Assembly: GCF_006345805.1 (NCBI RefSeq) | Contig: NC_042998.1 | Location: forward strand, 164,734,001-164,798,000 | Direction of reading: 5' to 3' | Length of the DNA stretch: 64,000 nucleotides | DNA from: Octopus sinensis | Taxonomy: Eukaryota | Shown: positions 39,498 to 52,302 of the stretch, one piece after another | Layout: each line of letters begins with the position of its first letter | Position numbering within the stretch: position 1 is the stretch's first letter | Notes under the pieces: model-generated | What the model was told of the DNA's origin: nothing | The model's database searches: none | What the model saw: the letters and a program-made list of their open reading frames with translations, nothing else | Translations under genes and position numbers: made by a program

Positions 39498-40052
39498 AGT
39501 GATATCAATATTTGTTTTCAGAAGTAATATAATGTATCATTTCGTTGTTTACCCCTTTCTAAGCCCAGATCTAATGGACCTTCCGAGAAAGACCGTTCAG
39601 TCTGTAACTATAACATATTTTTGTATATCATGAACTACATTAACCGATTGTCCTTCCTATTTCTAAACACTAGTGGATCTAGCTATTGCGTAGTTACTAA
39701 CTTCTTCGTTTGCTCAGAAAACTTATCATTTGTTGTATGTGAGGGTTTTTTTTTTCTCTTGGCGAGTCCGGGCTAGTGGAGGAGTATTGCAGTTGGCCGT
39801 CTCAAAATGGTGAGCTCAAGCTATCACATATTTTCTTGAACATAAGGAAGTTGATGTTTACAGGGAAACGGTGAAATTGGAGAAAAATCAAAGGGTACAT
39901 AGTACAGAGAAGAAAGGATCAAGACGAGAGACACGTGAAATAGAAAATGAGATGTAACAGAGATGATGATAAGGAGAACCTATTCCTGGGTTGACAATTT
40001 CAGAATGCCATGGTAATTTCAGTAGAAGAGACTGGTGAGGACATTCCATGTC

Positions 40053-40152
40053 NNNNNNNNNNNNNNNNNNNNNNNNNNNNNNNNNNNNNNNNNNNNNNNN
40101 NNNNNNNNNNNNNNNNNNNNNNNNNNNNNNNNNNNNNNNNNNNNNNNNNNNN
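40053..40152. other. Assembly gap (100 N)
   Basis: Direct reading. Confidence 1.
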
Positions 40153-40955
40153 TATGTGAGGGAGAGAGCAGACAAAGAAGTCTGTATTATAAAAAAACAT
40201 TAAGTCAAACCCAAAGCCTTCTTTCATTTATGCTAAAGAAACAGCTTCATATGCTGCAAAAATAGGACCCCCCCCTTCCAAAAGGATGGCTCCCTCAAAG
40301 ATAGTCCAACAGGATCAGTGAGGTAAGGAATGACCTCACCCTTGCTAGCTACTCAGAGGATACGAAAGTCTCGCAGAAAATACAGAACCCCAACGATGTT
40401 GCACACCTGCAGTAGGAGTTGGACTCAATTTTCAGATGGGCTGAGGACAATAATGTGCCATTTAATACTGAAAAATTCTAAGCCCTGCGCTACCAGCGTC
40501 CAAAACTTATAGGGTACAGTGGTCCACAGGGGATTACAATCCCAGAACCTCAATCAGTGAGGGACTTGGGTATCGACATGAGAAATGATACCTCTTTCCA
40601 AGTGCACATTACCAGACGATTGGCTGAATGGATCTTGAGAATGTTCGGGTCCAGAGAGAAAGAAACAATAATGGTCCTCTGGAGGACATTCGTCCCCAGC
40701 TGCCTGGACTACTGCTCCCAGCTATGGTTACCCTACAGTGTAAAATTAACAGTGGACCTTGAAGCAATCCAACGAAGCTTCACAGAGAAGATCGTCTCGT
40801 TACAACAGCTCAGCTTCTGGAAAAAGCTGAGACAGCTAACATTCTAGTCCCTGGAGCGAAGGCGGGCGAGGTATGCAATAATATACATCTGGAAGATCCT
40901 TGAAGGAATTGTGCCAAGTTTTGGCACTGAAAGCTACTCCAATACCACAACGGCT
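40153..40955 (+). mobile_element. CR1-type LINE ORF2 remnant with large internal deletion
   Basis: NIKSNPKAFF...IGP region followed almost directly by YSEDTK (YADD equivalent), RDLGI, LDYCSQLW and SLERRR; multiple stops. Confidence 0.85.
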
Positions 40956-41207
40956 CTCAATAATAAGAGTGTAGCAAAACGGCAGTGCACAGCATGGCCG
41001 CAGCTTTGAACTGAAGCTACAAAAATATGAGTATAATATATATATATATATATATATATATCTATATATATATATGAATATATATATGTGACTGAGTGTG
41101 TGTGTGTATATATATGAATGTGTGAATATATATATATATATATTACATATACAGATGAGTAGATATATATATAAGTATATTTATATTTGTATATATATAT
41201 GAGAGTA

Positions 41208-41243
<36 letters not shown>

Positions 41244-41618
41244 TGTATGTATGTTGTACATGAGTGTAGAGGTTAAGAGAGGTAATGGTTTCAATAAGAC
41301 CCAAAGGTATCAGGTAATGCCTAGTAAGTGCCATGGACAGACTATAGTTAAGCTCCAGGTTCGGTGATTATAAGAATAAGGAGTCCAACGTAGGCCATAT
41401 ATCAGCATGTGTATACATAAAAATTTTTCAGAATGAGATAAAAATCTAAGGCTGTGAAAGATCTCCGATGAAGGGATATATAATATATCCCGGAAAGAGC
41501 TGTAAGACCTATTTATAAATGTTCTAAAATCTTTCACAGCCTTGGATTTCTTTATATATATGATTTGTATATAAATATATATATGAGTATATATATATGA
41601 GTATATATATATATAATA

Positions 41619-41676
<58 letters not shown>

Positions 41677-41977
41677 GTGTGTGGGTGTGTATGTATATTT
41701 ATATATACATATATAATAATTAAATTCAGTTGAATTACTTAAATTGAGGCACCAACCCAGTTCTGTATAGTACGCACAGCACGATGTTAGGCAAATAAAC
41801 AATAAGTAACAAGGATTCCAGGTATCATATATTACACACACCGCAAACACACACACACACAACACACCACACACACACACACACCACACACACACATCTA
41901 TCTCTATAATATATATTTTATATATATGCGTACTGAGGATACTCATATATGCATATATAATAAAACATATATATGAG

Positions 41978-42009
<32 letters not shown>

Positions 42010-42439
42010 ACGTACATATGCGTATATATATATATATACATGAGTATATTACATATATATATATATATAGATATATAGATATATGAGTTTATATACACAT
42101 ATATCCGCATATATATATATATATATGTATGAATATATATGAATAAATAAATATGTATATATCAGTGTGTACATACATGAATATATATATATATATGAGC
42201 ATAAATATGTATGTGTGTGTCTCTCTCTTGAGCTATATACACACTCAAACTCATAGGCATAATACATATTTATGTGTTTACTTTGTCTCGCTCACCCCAT
42301 GTTCCTCTGTAAATATGTATATACATAGACACATACACATATACATATAAATACAAACATGGATGCACACACATGCATACAAGCATACATACGCACATAC
42401 ATACACTCGAGCGAGCAAATATAAATATATGATTGTACA

Positions 42440-42650
42440 TATACACACTTTATACAGTAATTGCGTACTTGCGCATTATTTTCCAAACTTTGATTGATCT
42501 GAAGAGTCGAAGAACCTGACATACGGTGCCATTGTTGGGGCTAACATGTCTTTGGTAACAAGCTGCAGCCGAAAATCTGCGGCACATTTTCCAAATCTGC
42601 TGAAGATTTCTGCTATACCATAGCAGAAGCAGTGTATGTCAAATGGAGGG
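42440..42650 (-). pseudogene. Possible decayed RTE reverse-transcriptase fragment
   Basis: IFSRFGKCAADFRLQLVTK resembles the RTE RT segment FS.AC.DFGLTIS.KKT. Confidence 0.3.
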
Positions 42651-43528
42651 GGAGAGGGAGGGAGGGAGGGCGGGAGGGAGTTGGGGGGGTGACTATACAC
42701 AGTAAAAAGCTGAAGAGGGTGGGTTAGATAAGAAAGGTGAGGAATGTGAAAGAGATGTAGGAGATAAGGAATGTAAGAGAGACAGACAGAAGTATATAAA
42801 CAGAAACAAAGCTATATTGGATGAAGGAAGGAGTTAATGAATGAAGAAAAAAGGCGAAGAATCACAGAATGAGAGAAAGGGAAAAGAAAGAATGAAAGAT
42901 TGTGATCTAAAGAGGAATGTAAGATGAAAGGCGGAAAAATGGAAAGAACAACTGCAGGAATGAAAGAGTGAATGAAATAATGAAAGTTAGAAAATATAGC
43001 TGTAGGAACAACAACAAAAAAGAGACAAAAGTTGAGAGACAGAAAGAATGATAAACGAAAAAAGTTTTAAAAAGGCGGGAACGAAGAAAAATGAAAGTAG
43101 AAGCAAAATAGAATGAAATGAAAAAGGTATTGAATGAAAACTTAATGAAATGAAAGAAAAGAAAATTAAAATGTCATTAAATGAAAAAGAAGGAAATTTC
43201 ATATGAACAAGTAAACATTGAATGAAAGAATGCCAAATGAATGCAGACAGAAGAGAATAAAAAAAGGGAGTTTAAAGAGAAAATGATTTTTGAAAGAAAA
43301 ATTAGAGGAAAAGTTTGATTGAAATTAAATAGAGTGAAAGAATCTGAAGGAAGAAAGAAAGTTTCATACGTAAAAAAAGAATGAAAGATGAGATAGAATG
43401 AAAGGAACAGGAAAAAGAAGAAAATGAATAAAGAAGGATAGTAAATGAATGAAAGAAAAAATATGACCCACAAATAATTTTTAGAAGATACAAAACAATA
43501 AATGAATACGCACGCATACACACACACA

Positions 43529-43582
<54 letters not shown>

Positions 43583-44260
43583 ATGAAGGCAAGAAACAAA
43601 AACAAAATCTACAGTCCAGGAGATAAAGTTTTAAGAACTATCGTATTAGTTTAACGCTTAAAAAAGAAGTGAATAACTTGATATTTCGGATGCAAGTCCT
43701 TCATCAGGAAAAAAAAAAGAATGCAAACAAAGTAAACGATGTCAAAAAAGGAAAGAGTAAAGCAAAAAAGAGGTTATGGGAGAGGTAGGAAAGCGGTTCT
43801 ATGGGGGAGAGTTGAAAGGGGATGAAGTACGGAAAGGAAGTGCAAGTACGGAATTGTAGTGGTGTGGATTAGTGGGAGATGTGGAAAGCGTGGAAGTAAG
43901 GAGGGGGTGTGAGTGTGAGGTAGAAGGATAAACAAGTGAAGAGGGAGGTGATGATTCAGGAATATGTAATGATATGGATGTGAGATGATGTAGTGCGGAA
44001 AGAGAGAAGAATGATGATACAATACAACACTGGTCCATGAAAAATATTTTTTTAGTTCTGTGATGGAAGAAAAATTGTGAGATTATGCAGAAGGGCAAGA
44101 GTAATACGACAGAGGTGAACATGAAGCGAATTCAAGGAAGAGAGAAAAGAGAAAAACAAACTGAAAAATCAAAAAAATATTCTAGAAAATTCAACGAGCG
44201 AGTTTGGAGAGAAAGAAGTAAGAGAAAAAAAAGTAAAAGAAAAATTGGAGAAAATTTAGA
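42650..44260. repeat. Purine-rich low-complexity tract (GAAA/GAAT) with an embedded (CA)n
   Basis: Strong A/G skew on the plus strand. Confidence 0.8.
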
Positions 44261-44617
44261 GTAAAATTAATATATTATACACTGATAAAAAAAATTAAGA
44301 TATAAAACTGGTGAGAAGACCAGAATTAGATATAAATATATAATATTTGTCTGTGTGTATGTATGTATCGTTTGTACCGTTCAAGAGTATGCGCAATGTG
44401 ACTGCGCCCGCGTGAGTGTAGTTTGGGTGTATCGAAATCCTTAGTCATGTCTTATAAATGATCTGAATATTTGTAACTGAAAATTTGCGCTCCAAAGTGC
44501 AGGTCTTTTGCAGAATAAATATGTATGTAAGCAATGTTTGTTTCTATGTCAAGGTCTAAAAAAACGATTTCACATTAAATTGAAGAATTACTTAAAACTT
44601 TTTGTGGAATACATATT

Positions 44618-44665
44618 TGGGCGTGGCTGTGTGGTAAGAAGCTTGCTTCCCAACCACATGGTTCG
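44618..44665 (+). mobile_element. SINE family A head only
   Basis: GGCGTGGCTGTGTGGTAAGAAGCTTGCTTCCCAACCACATGGTTC, then abrupt fusion to an antisense family B copy. Confidence 0.8.
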
Positions 44666-44669
44666 GGGC

Positions 44670-45053
44670 GGTCGATTAGATCGATCCCAGTACACAAATG
44701 GTACTTGATTTATCGACCCCTAAAGGATGAAAGGCAAAGTTGTCCTTGGTGGAATGTTAACTCACAACGTAAAGATAGATGAAATACCGCCAAACATTTC
44801 GCCTGGCGTGCTAACGTTTCTTATTTCTTTACTGCCCACAAGCAGCTACACACAGAGGGGACAAACATGGACAGACAAACCGATTAAGTCATTTATATCG
44901 ACCCCAGTGCGTAACTGGCACTTATTTAATCGACCCCGAAAGGATGAAAGGCAAAGTCGATCTGGGCGGAATTTGAACTCAGATCGTAGCGGCAGATGAA
45001 ATACCCCTAAGCATTTCGCCCGGCGTGCTAACGCTTCTGCCAGCTCGCCACCT
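44670..45053 (-). mobile_element. SINE family B dimer
   Basis: Two cores separated by the CCCTCTGTGT...GTGGGCAGTAAAGAAATA linker (reverse complement). Confidence 0.88.
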
Positions 45054-45096
45054 TACAGAATATATATATATATATAATATATATATATATAATATA

Positions 45097-45366
45097 TCAC
45101 GTGATCACGTGACCGACCAGACCATCAGATGTTGCTACACATCGCTGGTCACAATGCGTTCGCATTGCTTTAGCCTTCAAATGACGCCACCCCGCTGGCT
45201 AAGCGAGCAGGTCAACAGACGAAAGAGTGAGAGAAGAGTGGTGAAATAGTACAGCAGAGTCACATCGTCGGAGCTCAATAAACACTCACAACGCCTGGTC
45301 TGGGAATCGAAACCGCGATCCTACGACCGCGAGTCCGCTGCCCTAACCACTGGGCCATTGCGCCTC
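45097..45366 (-). mobile_element. SINE family C, tail type 3
   Basis: Family C head and body (with ~35-bp deletion) followed by a tail ending GGTCGGTCACGTGATCACGTGAT. Confidence 0.85.
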
Positions 45367-45395
45367 CACACACACATACACACAAACACACACAC

Positions 45396-45459
<64 letters not shown>

Positions 45460-45894
45460 ATATATATACATAATACATACATACATACATCCAACATACA
45501 TACATTTACATATATTGTTTCAACAATATGTGTACATTAAGTATATGAGATAATGTGGGAGATAGAAGCTTGACCGTTTTTTCATTTTATATATTTATTT
45601 ATCTATTTATTATTAATATGAGTTTCGATTTATGGATTATTAAGTAAACTAACTAATAAGCCGGTGAATATCTCGATTCTTCTTCGATCACAATCTACAC
45701 CAGCAAAAGCTTATAAATTAGCACATTTCTTAATAGCTTGTCAGTCCGATGGTTCCCAGCCTGAAATCATAAATTTCTCCTCTACAAACCCGGCCTTAAA
45801 TCACTCTCAGCTGTAGTAGTACAGAGTTCAGAACTCGACTACAACATATATATAATGCATGTACGTATACATATGTGTGTGCATATGGTCGCTC

Positions 45895-45925
<31 letters not shown>

Positions 45926-45988
45926 AGTGTATGTACGTATACATACATAGGTATTTGCATATATTCTCTCTCTCTCTCTCTCTCTATC

Positions 45989-46019
<31 letters not shown>

Positions 46020-46029
46020 CATGCATATG

Positions 46030-46500
46030 TGGGCACAGGACGTCATGAAACGTGTACAACAAAATAGTACGAAGCACGAGTACATGGAACATGAACTATT
46101 CTTTCGAACAACGAAAGATACAAACAGTTACTCCCGCAAAGCAAATTAAACAAAATTTGCGATATTGCGGAGGATCAAATTAGGTAACACAAACAGGACA
46201 ATGAAAACAATCAAGATTGGCTGCTAAGCCTAAATGGGGGTTGTGGTGGAGAACGCGTAAATCAAGCTAGGATAGGAGACAAACAAGAAGACATCTTCCT
46301 TGTTCCAGTTACAATGAGTGAAAGAAAGAAAGATGGCTGATTGTCACGTGGGAGCAACATGAACAAGCGAGAAGGAGTGAGGGAGAGAGAGTAACAGGGT
46401 AATGTGGTAGAAGAGTGGGAGAAGAAGAGGTAAAACAATAAGAGAGAGAAAAGGATGGGAAAACGAAAGAGTAAAAAGATCGTATAGAGTGCGCATCACA
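46030..46500 (-). repeat. Second copy of the 15917-16500 repeat family
   Basis: Shared anchors GATGCGCACTCTA, TTGCTC(A/C)CACGTGAC and TGACGTCC in the same order. Confidence 0.7.
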
Positions 46501-46656
46501 ACGCAACCAAAGACTAGATCTTTGGAGCAGAATATGATGCCTAATATTGTTGACAGACGAGAACCTTCGGCTACGACCGCCGTTCCGGCCAGATCACATT
46601 ATTTTACTGTTTTGAGCTCCCCAGTGACATACATCGATTAGTGCATTAACAGCAGA

Positions 46657-47040
46657 GTGGAAGCACTCCGTCGGTTACGACGATGAGGGTTCCGGTTGAT
46701 CCGAATCAACGGAACAGCTTGCTCGTGAAATTAACGTGTAAGTGGCTGAGCACTCCACAGACACGTGTACCCTTAACGTAGTTCTCGGGGATATTCAGCG
46801 TGACGCAGAGAGTGACAAGGCCGGCCCTCTGAAATACAGGTACAACAGAAACAGGAAGTAAGAGTGAGAGAAAGTTGTGGTGAAAGAGTACAGCAGGGAT
46901 CACCACCATCCCCTGCCGGAGCCTCGTGGAGCTTTTAGGTGTTTTCGCTCAATAAACACTCACAACGCCCAGTCTGGGAATCGAAACCGCGATCCTATGA
47001 CCGCGAGTCCGCTGCCCTAACCACTGGGCCATTGCGCCTC
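46657..47040 (-). mobile_element. SINE family C, tail type 2, with 13-bp TSD
   Basis: CATTAACAGCAGA at 46644-46656 and 47041-47053. Confidence 0.95.
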
Positions 47041-47425
47041 CATTAACAGCAGAAGCTCCCACTAAAGCAATATCTAAAAGCAAGTGAGCTTATTAAAAGA
47101 AATTAATAATACCAAAAGCAGTATTAGTACCAAAAATTAATCTTCATTTCGAGCTTAACTTCGAAATTGTGTTAGAACATCGAATAGTGCTATATTTGCC
47201 TCTCATATGGACTTATATTGGGTGGCCCAAAAGTAGCTTTACAGTTATTCAACTATCTCTTTCGCATTAATATATTAAAAGTTTAGATCTTAATTATGGA
47301 AAAAAAAATGAAATCATTATTCTATGCCAATTCACTTAGTTTTGTGAAGCTTCCTTTTCAGAATGTAAGATAGAAATTGAAATGTAATAAAATGATTTGA
47401 AAAAAAATAAAAATGCCTACGTGAA

Positions 47426-47471
<46 letters not shown>

Positions 47472-47523
47472 GTATATATATATATATATATCGGTATATG
47501 TATATATATATATGTATATATAC

Positions 47524-47565
<42 letters not shown>

Positions 47566-47572
47566 ATATATA

Positions 47573-47962
47573 CTAGCAGTATCGCCCGGCGTTGCTCGGT
47601 TTGTAAGGGAAATAACTATATAAGCATTTTTAGAGATGTAAAGTATAATAGCCATATCAATATGGCTAACCACAAAGGGGGGGGTGTTACTGTAGCTTTT
47701 TACGTTCTGAGATTTAATAATAAATTTTAGAGAGTTACTTCCCTTATATATGTCAAAAATGGATTAAAAATGGGAAAAATTGATGGTAAATTTTTTTTTA
47801 AATCGTAGACTCATCGTAGACGCGCGCTAATTCCAAGACGGTCTCGATATGAATCACGACTATAAGATACCCGGTTTTGGTTAAACTGCACCGCAAAATG
47901 TGGAGTAGTTAGGAATCTAAATCGTAGGAGACAGACACCACAACCTCACTTTTATATATAAA
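47573..47962 (-). mobile_element. Non-autonomous Helitron
   Basis: Minus-strand 5' TATATATAAAAGTGAGG; 3' GC hairpin CCGAGCAACGCCGG followed by GCGATACTGCTAG|T. Confidence 0.8.
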
Positions 47963-48127
47963 CATTTCCTCTATTTACATAATATTGAGGTCTCTTTCTT
48001 TCTTTTGTTATCTTACTGTTTTTACCAATATACATATATATATATATATATAATATATATATAGTTACAGAGATGTACTTGCATAGCAAGTGACTTAATC
48101 TGAGATCGTGTGCTGGAATGAAAACAG

Positions 48128-48386
48128 TTGCAGCGTTGAAGGTGTTTATAAGCCATTTAAGAAACACACAAAAACCGTTAGATTCACTTCAACATTTAAA
48201 TTTAATTTGTCAAAATATTTTCGTCGCTTTGAGACCGCGACCTGTTAGCACGATATTTTTGTCAGTGAACAGGTCGCGGTCTCAAAGCGACGAAAATATT
48301 TTGGCAAATTAAATTTAAATGTTGAAGTGAATGTAACGGTTTTTGTGTGTTTCTTAAATGGCTTACAAACACCTTCCACGCTGCAA
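48128..48386. repeat. Foldback: 119-bp inverted arms (48128-48246 / 48268-48386), 21-bp spacer; probable Penelope-like terminal inversion
   Basis: Near-perfect reverse complement with a few substitutions. Confidence 0.95.
48258..48308 (+). ncRNA. Minimal type I hammerhead ribozyme motif, G3-C8 covariant
   Basis: Stem I UUUGUCA/UGGCAAA (7 bp, one G-U), core GUGAACA, extra G, helix II GUCGC(GGUCUCAAA)GCGAC, GAAA, palindromic AAUAUU, U17; predicted cut between 48301 and 48302. Confidence 0.7.
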
Positions 48387-48439
48387 TATATATATACACA
48401 CATATATATATATGTATGTATGTGTGTGTGTATATGTGT

Positions 48440-48680
48440 ATGCATGTATGTGTGTGTGTGCGTGTCTGTGCTTGTGATTGTCCTCCACCACTGCTTGACA
48501 ACGAATGTTGGTTTGTTTACATCGCTGTCACCTAGTGGTTTGACAAAGGAAACAGATAGAATAAGTACAATGCTTACAAAAATAAAACTGGAGTTGATTC
48601 ATTAAACTACAATTCTTCAAGGCATTGCCCCAGCATGGCCACAGACCAATGGCTGGAAAAAGCAGAAGAATAAAAGAATA
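48440..48680 (+). mobile_element. SINE family A, 3' half
   Basis: CTGCTTGACAACG...GATAGAATAAGTAC...CAGCATGGCCACAG. Confidence 0.75.
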
Positions 48681-48730
48681 CATTCTCTGCTTTGGTCTTA
48701 TGTTCAAGGCATGAGAAAGCTTGAGTTTAC

Positions 48731-49011
48731 ATGAGAAGGCCTAACAGACCTGGTAGAAACAGCAGCCAAATCTCCCTCAAATCACACCTTACTGTCTTAT
48801 GTATGTATATATATATGAGCCAATGAGGGGGACCTCTACATGGTAGCTAGACCTGGTAGAAATAGCAGCCAAATTTCCCCCAAATCACACCTTACTGTCT
48901 TATCTATGTATATATGTATGTATGAGCCTATGAGGGAGACCCCTACATGGCAGCTAGACATGGTAGAAATAGCAGCCAAATCTCCCTCAAATCACACCTT
49001 ACTGTCTTATC
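48731..49011 (+). repeat. Triple tandem repeat (period 103-107 bp) of an interspersed repeat fragment
   Basis: AGA(C)NTGGTAGAAA(C/T)AGCAGCCAAAT(C/T)TCCC(T/C)CAAATCACACCTTACTGTCTTAT at 48746, 48849 and 48956; related single copies near 37480, 62920 (-) and 63940 (-). Confidence 0.92.
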
Positions 49012-49564
49012 TTTCTGCTACTTGGATATAGGTCTTATATTCGTCGTAAAAAACTTTCCTGTCACACACTCACGCACACGCACACACACACACACGCACC
49101 CTCACACACACACACACGCGCACACACACACACACACACTCACACACACGCACGTTAGCTTACAATTTTATTTATATATTTGCGTGTCTATGTGTGGAAA
49201 GAGGAAATGGGAGGCAGAGTGAAAGAATCACTCACTACAGTAAGTGAATTACTTTCATTTTATTCGTTGCCCACTGTGTGTGTGCGTTTGCGTGTGGTGT
49301 AAACCAGACTAAGAAAAGCATTTGACACACACACCAGAATGTGAGTTTTCTGTAAATTTTGCTTAATTGGAGTTTAAATATTAAAAACTGGACCTGGCAT
49401 GACGCGATGCATTGTCTCTTAAAAATGCTAGGTAAATTGTAATTGAAGAAATCCTATATTGTAGATTTGTATAACTCCCAAAGGGAGGCAGATAAAATCT
49501 GCCTTTATAATAAGATATATATATATATATATTATATATATATATATAATATATATATTATATA

Positions 49565-49600
<36 letters not shown>

Positions 49601-50103
49601 TGTATGTATGTATATATAACAGCACCCTCAATAGGCTGTGATAAGTAATAAGCAACTTTAGGTTATTAAAATATGTTTATAATACGTGGTATTGTTGCTG
49701 TTATATTCCTCCCAACCAGGCGGTCGAATTGCGCAGCTCAGTCACTGTCGTTAAGTTGTTGTTTTTTATAAGTGAAGCTACGGCTTTGAATCTGCCCAGG
49801 ATTATCTCTCTTCGGTATTTCCCATTGAGAAAGGCTACAGGGCAAGAAACGGCCGTCTGGGAATCCGATAAGGAGAAGCCCTGCTCGGGTATAGTGCTTT
49901 TACAGCTTTTCCCGCAAGAATGAAATTTTTTCTACTGTAGCTGCTGTAAATTTGCCTTTAGAAAGTAAAGTATGTCACAAACATATTTTAACTGACCTAA
50001 AGTACGTTTAATGTATGCATATTCCTTTGGTCACCTCTCGTTTTGCTTCTATAGGAATAGCTGTGCATGAGTATACTTTGGACTTAAAATTCTTCCATAT
50101 CTT

Positions 50104-50535
50104 CTAAAGTATGCATCCTTTTCCGTATATGTGTGTGTGCGCGCATATGTGTGTGTTTACGCGCGCGTGAATGGGTGCGTAGGTGTACACATGCGTGTAT
50201 GTGTGTTTATACAAACATATAAATCTATACATATGTACACATATACTACATATATAAATATATATATACATATATATATATAAGTGCACCTGCACATATA
50301 TATGTGTAGATATATATATATATATATACATACACCATATATATAAACATATATATACATATGTACATACACCACGTATATAAATATACTTAAATATAAG
50401 TGCATCTGCACTTATACGTGTGTGTATGTATTATAAGGCGGTGCTTCAGCATGACCACAGTAACATAACTGAAACAAGTCAAAGAAGAAAAGAATATGCA
50501 CACATGTATGTATGTATACATATGTACATATATAC

Positions 50536-50579
<44 letters not shown>

Positions 50580-50696
50580 GTATATATGTACATATGTATA
50601 CATACATATATATATATATATATGTACATATGTATACAGACATACACACACATATGCGCGCGCACACACATATACGGAAAAGGATGCATACTTTAG
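50104..50696. repeat. 53-bp inverted repeats enclosing ~490 bp of microsatellite and a SINE A tail
   Basis: CTAAAGTATGCATCCTTTTCCGTATATG... (50104-50156) versus ...CATATACGGAAAAGGATGCATACTTTAG (50644-50696). Confidence 0.9.
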
Positions 50697-51675
50697 GATA
50701 TATATATATATATATACGATATATATATGTGTGTGTGTATGTGTGTATATATATTTATATATGCACATATATATATATAAATGTATCTATACGTATATAT
50801 ACATATACACATGCATATGTGTGTGTGCATACCCATTAAACTAACACACACACACTCTCACACACACACATATATATATATATATACACATACATGCTCG
50901 TATATATTATTACTTCTATTTGTCCGTGTACATATTTACTTTTATGTATTTCCGTTTGTTGGAAACCGTTTGTAGATCTAGTAATAAATACATTCACAAA
51001 TACATGTGTACATTTAACACTCTGTGTATATTTAACACCAGCCGATCTCCAACCTCTGTACAACAGTCATCAGTGAATGAAATCTAAGTGTCTCTTCCAT
51101 ATGCATTAGCCTTTTAACTGTTTATTTCCACTGATACTGGATACAGGTGCAATATTGTGTAAATATAGTTTATTAAAGGTTCGAACAAAGTTTATTACTC
51201 TCTACCAGCTCCAGAAAACCTACACTGCGGCGATAAACTGAGCATATAATACGCTGTATGCATAATTTCTATCTCATTAATGAAAATAATGGTGCAATAG
51301 AATACTAGTTAATCTGATATTCTCTTGCATGCAGATTTAATATGCGACTATATATATTTAGGATGCCCATCCTTCTGGCCTTCTGGCCATCATTTCATTC
51401 ATCTATCCGTCCTTCCATATGTCTATTCATATATTTAACTCTATGTTCATCCATATATCTATCTATCCATCTCTTTCAATGTTGTCGTATGACCTGTATC
51501 CAAATGAGCGATCTATCATATCTATATGTTTCTCTATCAGTTCATCTATTCAGCTCTCTCTACAATATACATATTTATGTATGTATGTATGTATGTATGT
51601 ATGTATGTATGTTTGTATGTATGTGCGTGCATATGTGTTTGTATGAATGTGTGAGTGTGTATGTGTGTGTATGAA

Positions 51676-51717
<42 letters not shown>

Positions 51718-52302
51718 AACACACATGCATATGCTCAGATATGTAGTTATGTAGAGCATTCGAAGCTTGTAATGTAGTATATTGTTTATTTAAAATCAAT
51801 ACTTTACCTTTTCACCATCGCGACCTTAAGACGAGAACGCGCGCACACACACACACACACACACAGATAGATAGATAGATAAATAGATAGATAGATAGAC
51901 AGACAGAGAGCTAGATTAGTTTGTGATACTTAGCCAGTTGTGATATAACTCCCCACTCTTTCTCCTTCTCCTCCCCTGTCTCACTCCTTCCCTCTTCTCT
52001 CTGTCTCTCTCATTTATACTTATATATCAGTATGTAAGAAGCAGGATGTTTGTCCGTGAGCGAATGTGCGATTTTTCCTACACAGTGGAATCGCCTTTCA
52101 CATATGTGCAGTTACGCTTGGTTAAATGACACCCAAGCATCTTATAGGAAGTAGAATTGTTGTAGGCAATAGAATTAATTTACTATTTCTGGCCCATAAC
52201 GAGAGTATTATCAATAACAGTGACATGTAACTCCATAAACATAGTTCGTGGGTCACAGCAATTTGCATTTCTTGGACGTCGTTAATATAGTCCTGTGCTT
52301 AG

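Noticed and set aside
39785-39797. CAAAATG|GTGAGC, a possible start codon followed by a splice donor
   Set aside because: No compatible downstream exon was found on the plus strand, and such short motifs arise by chance.
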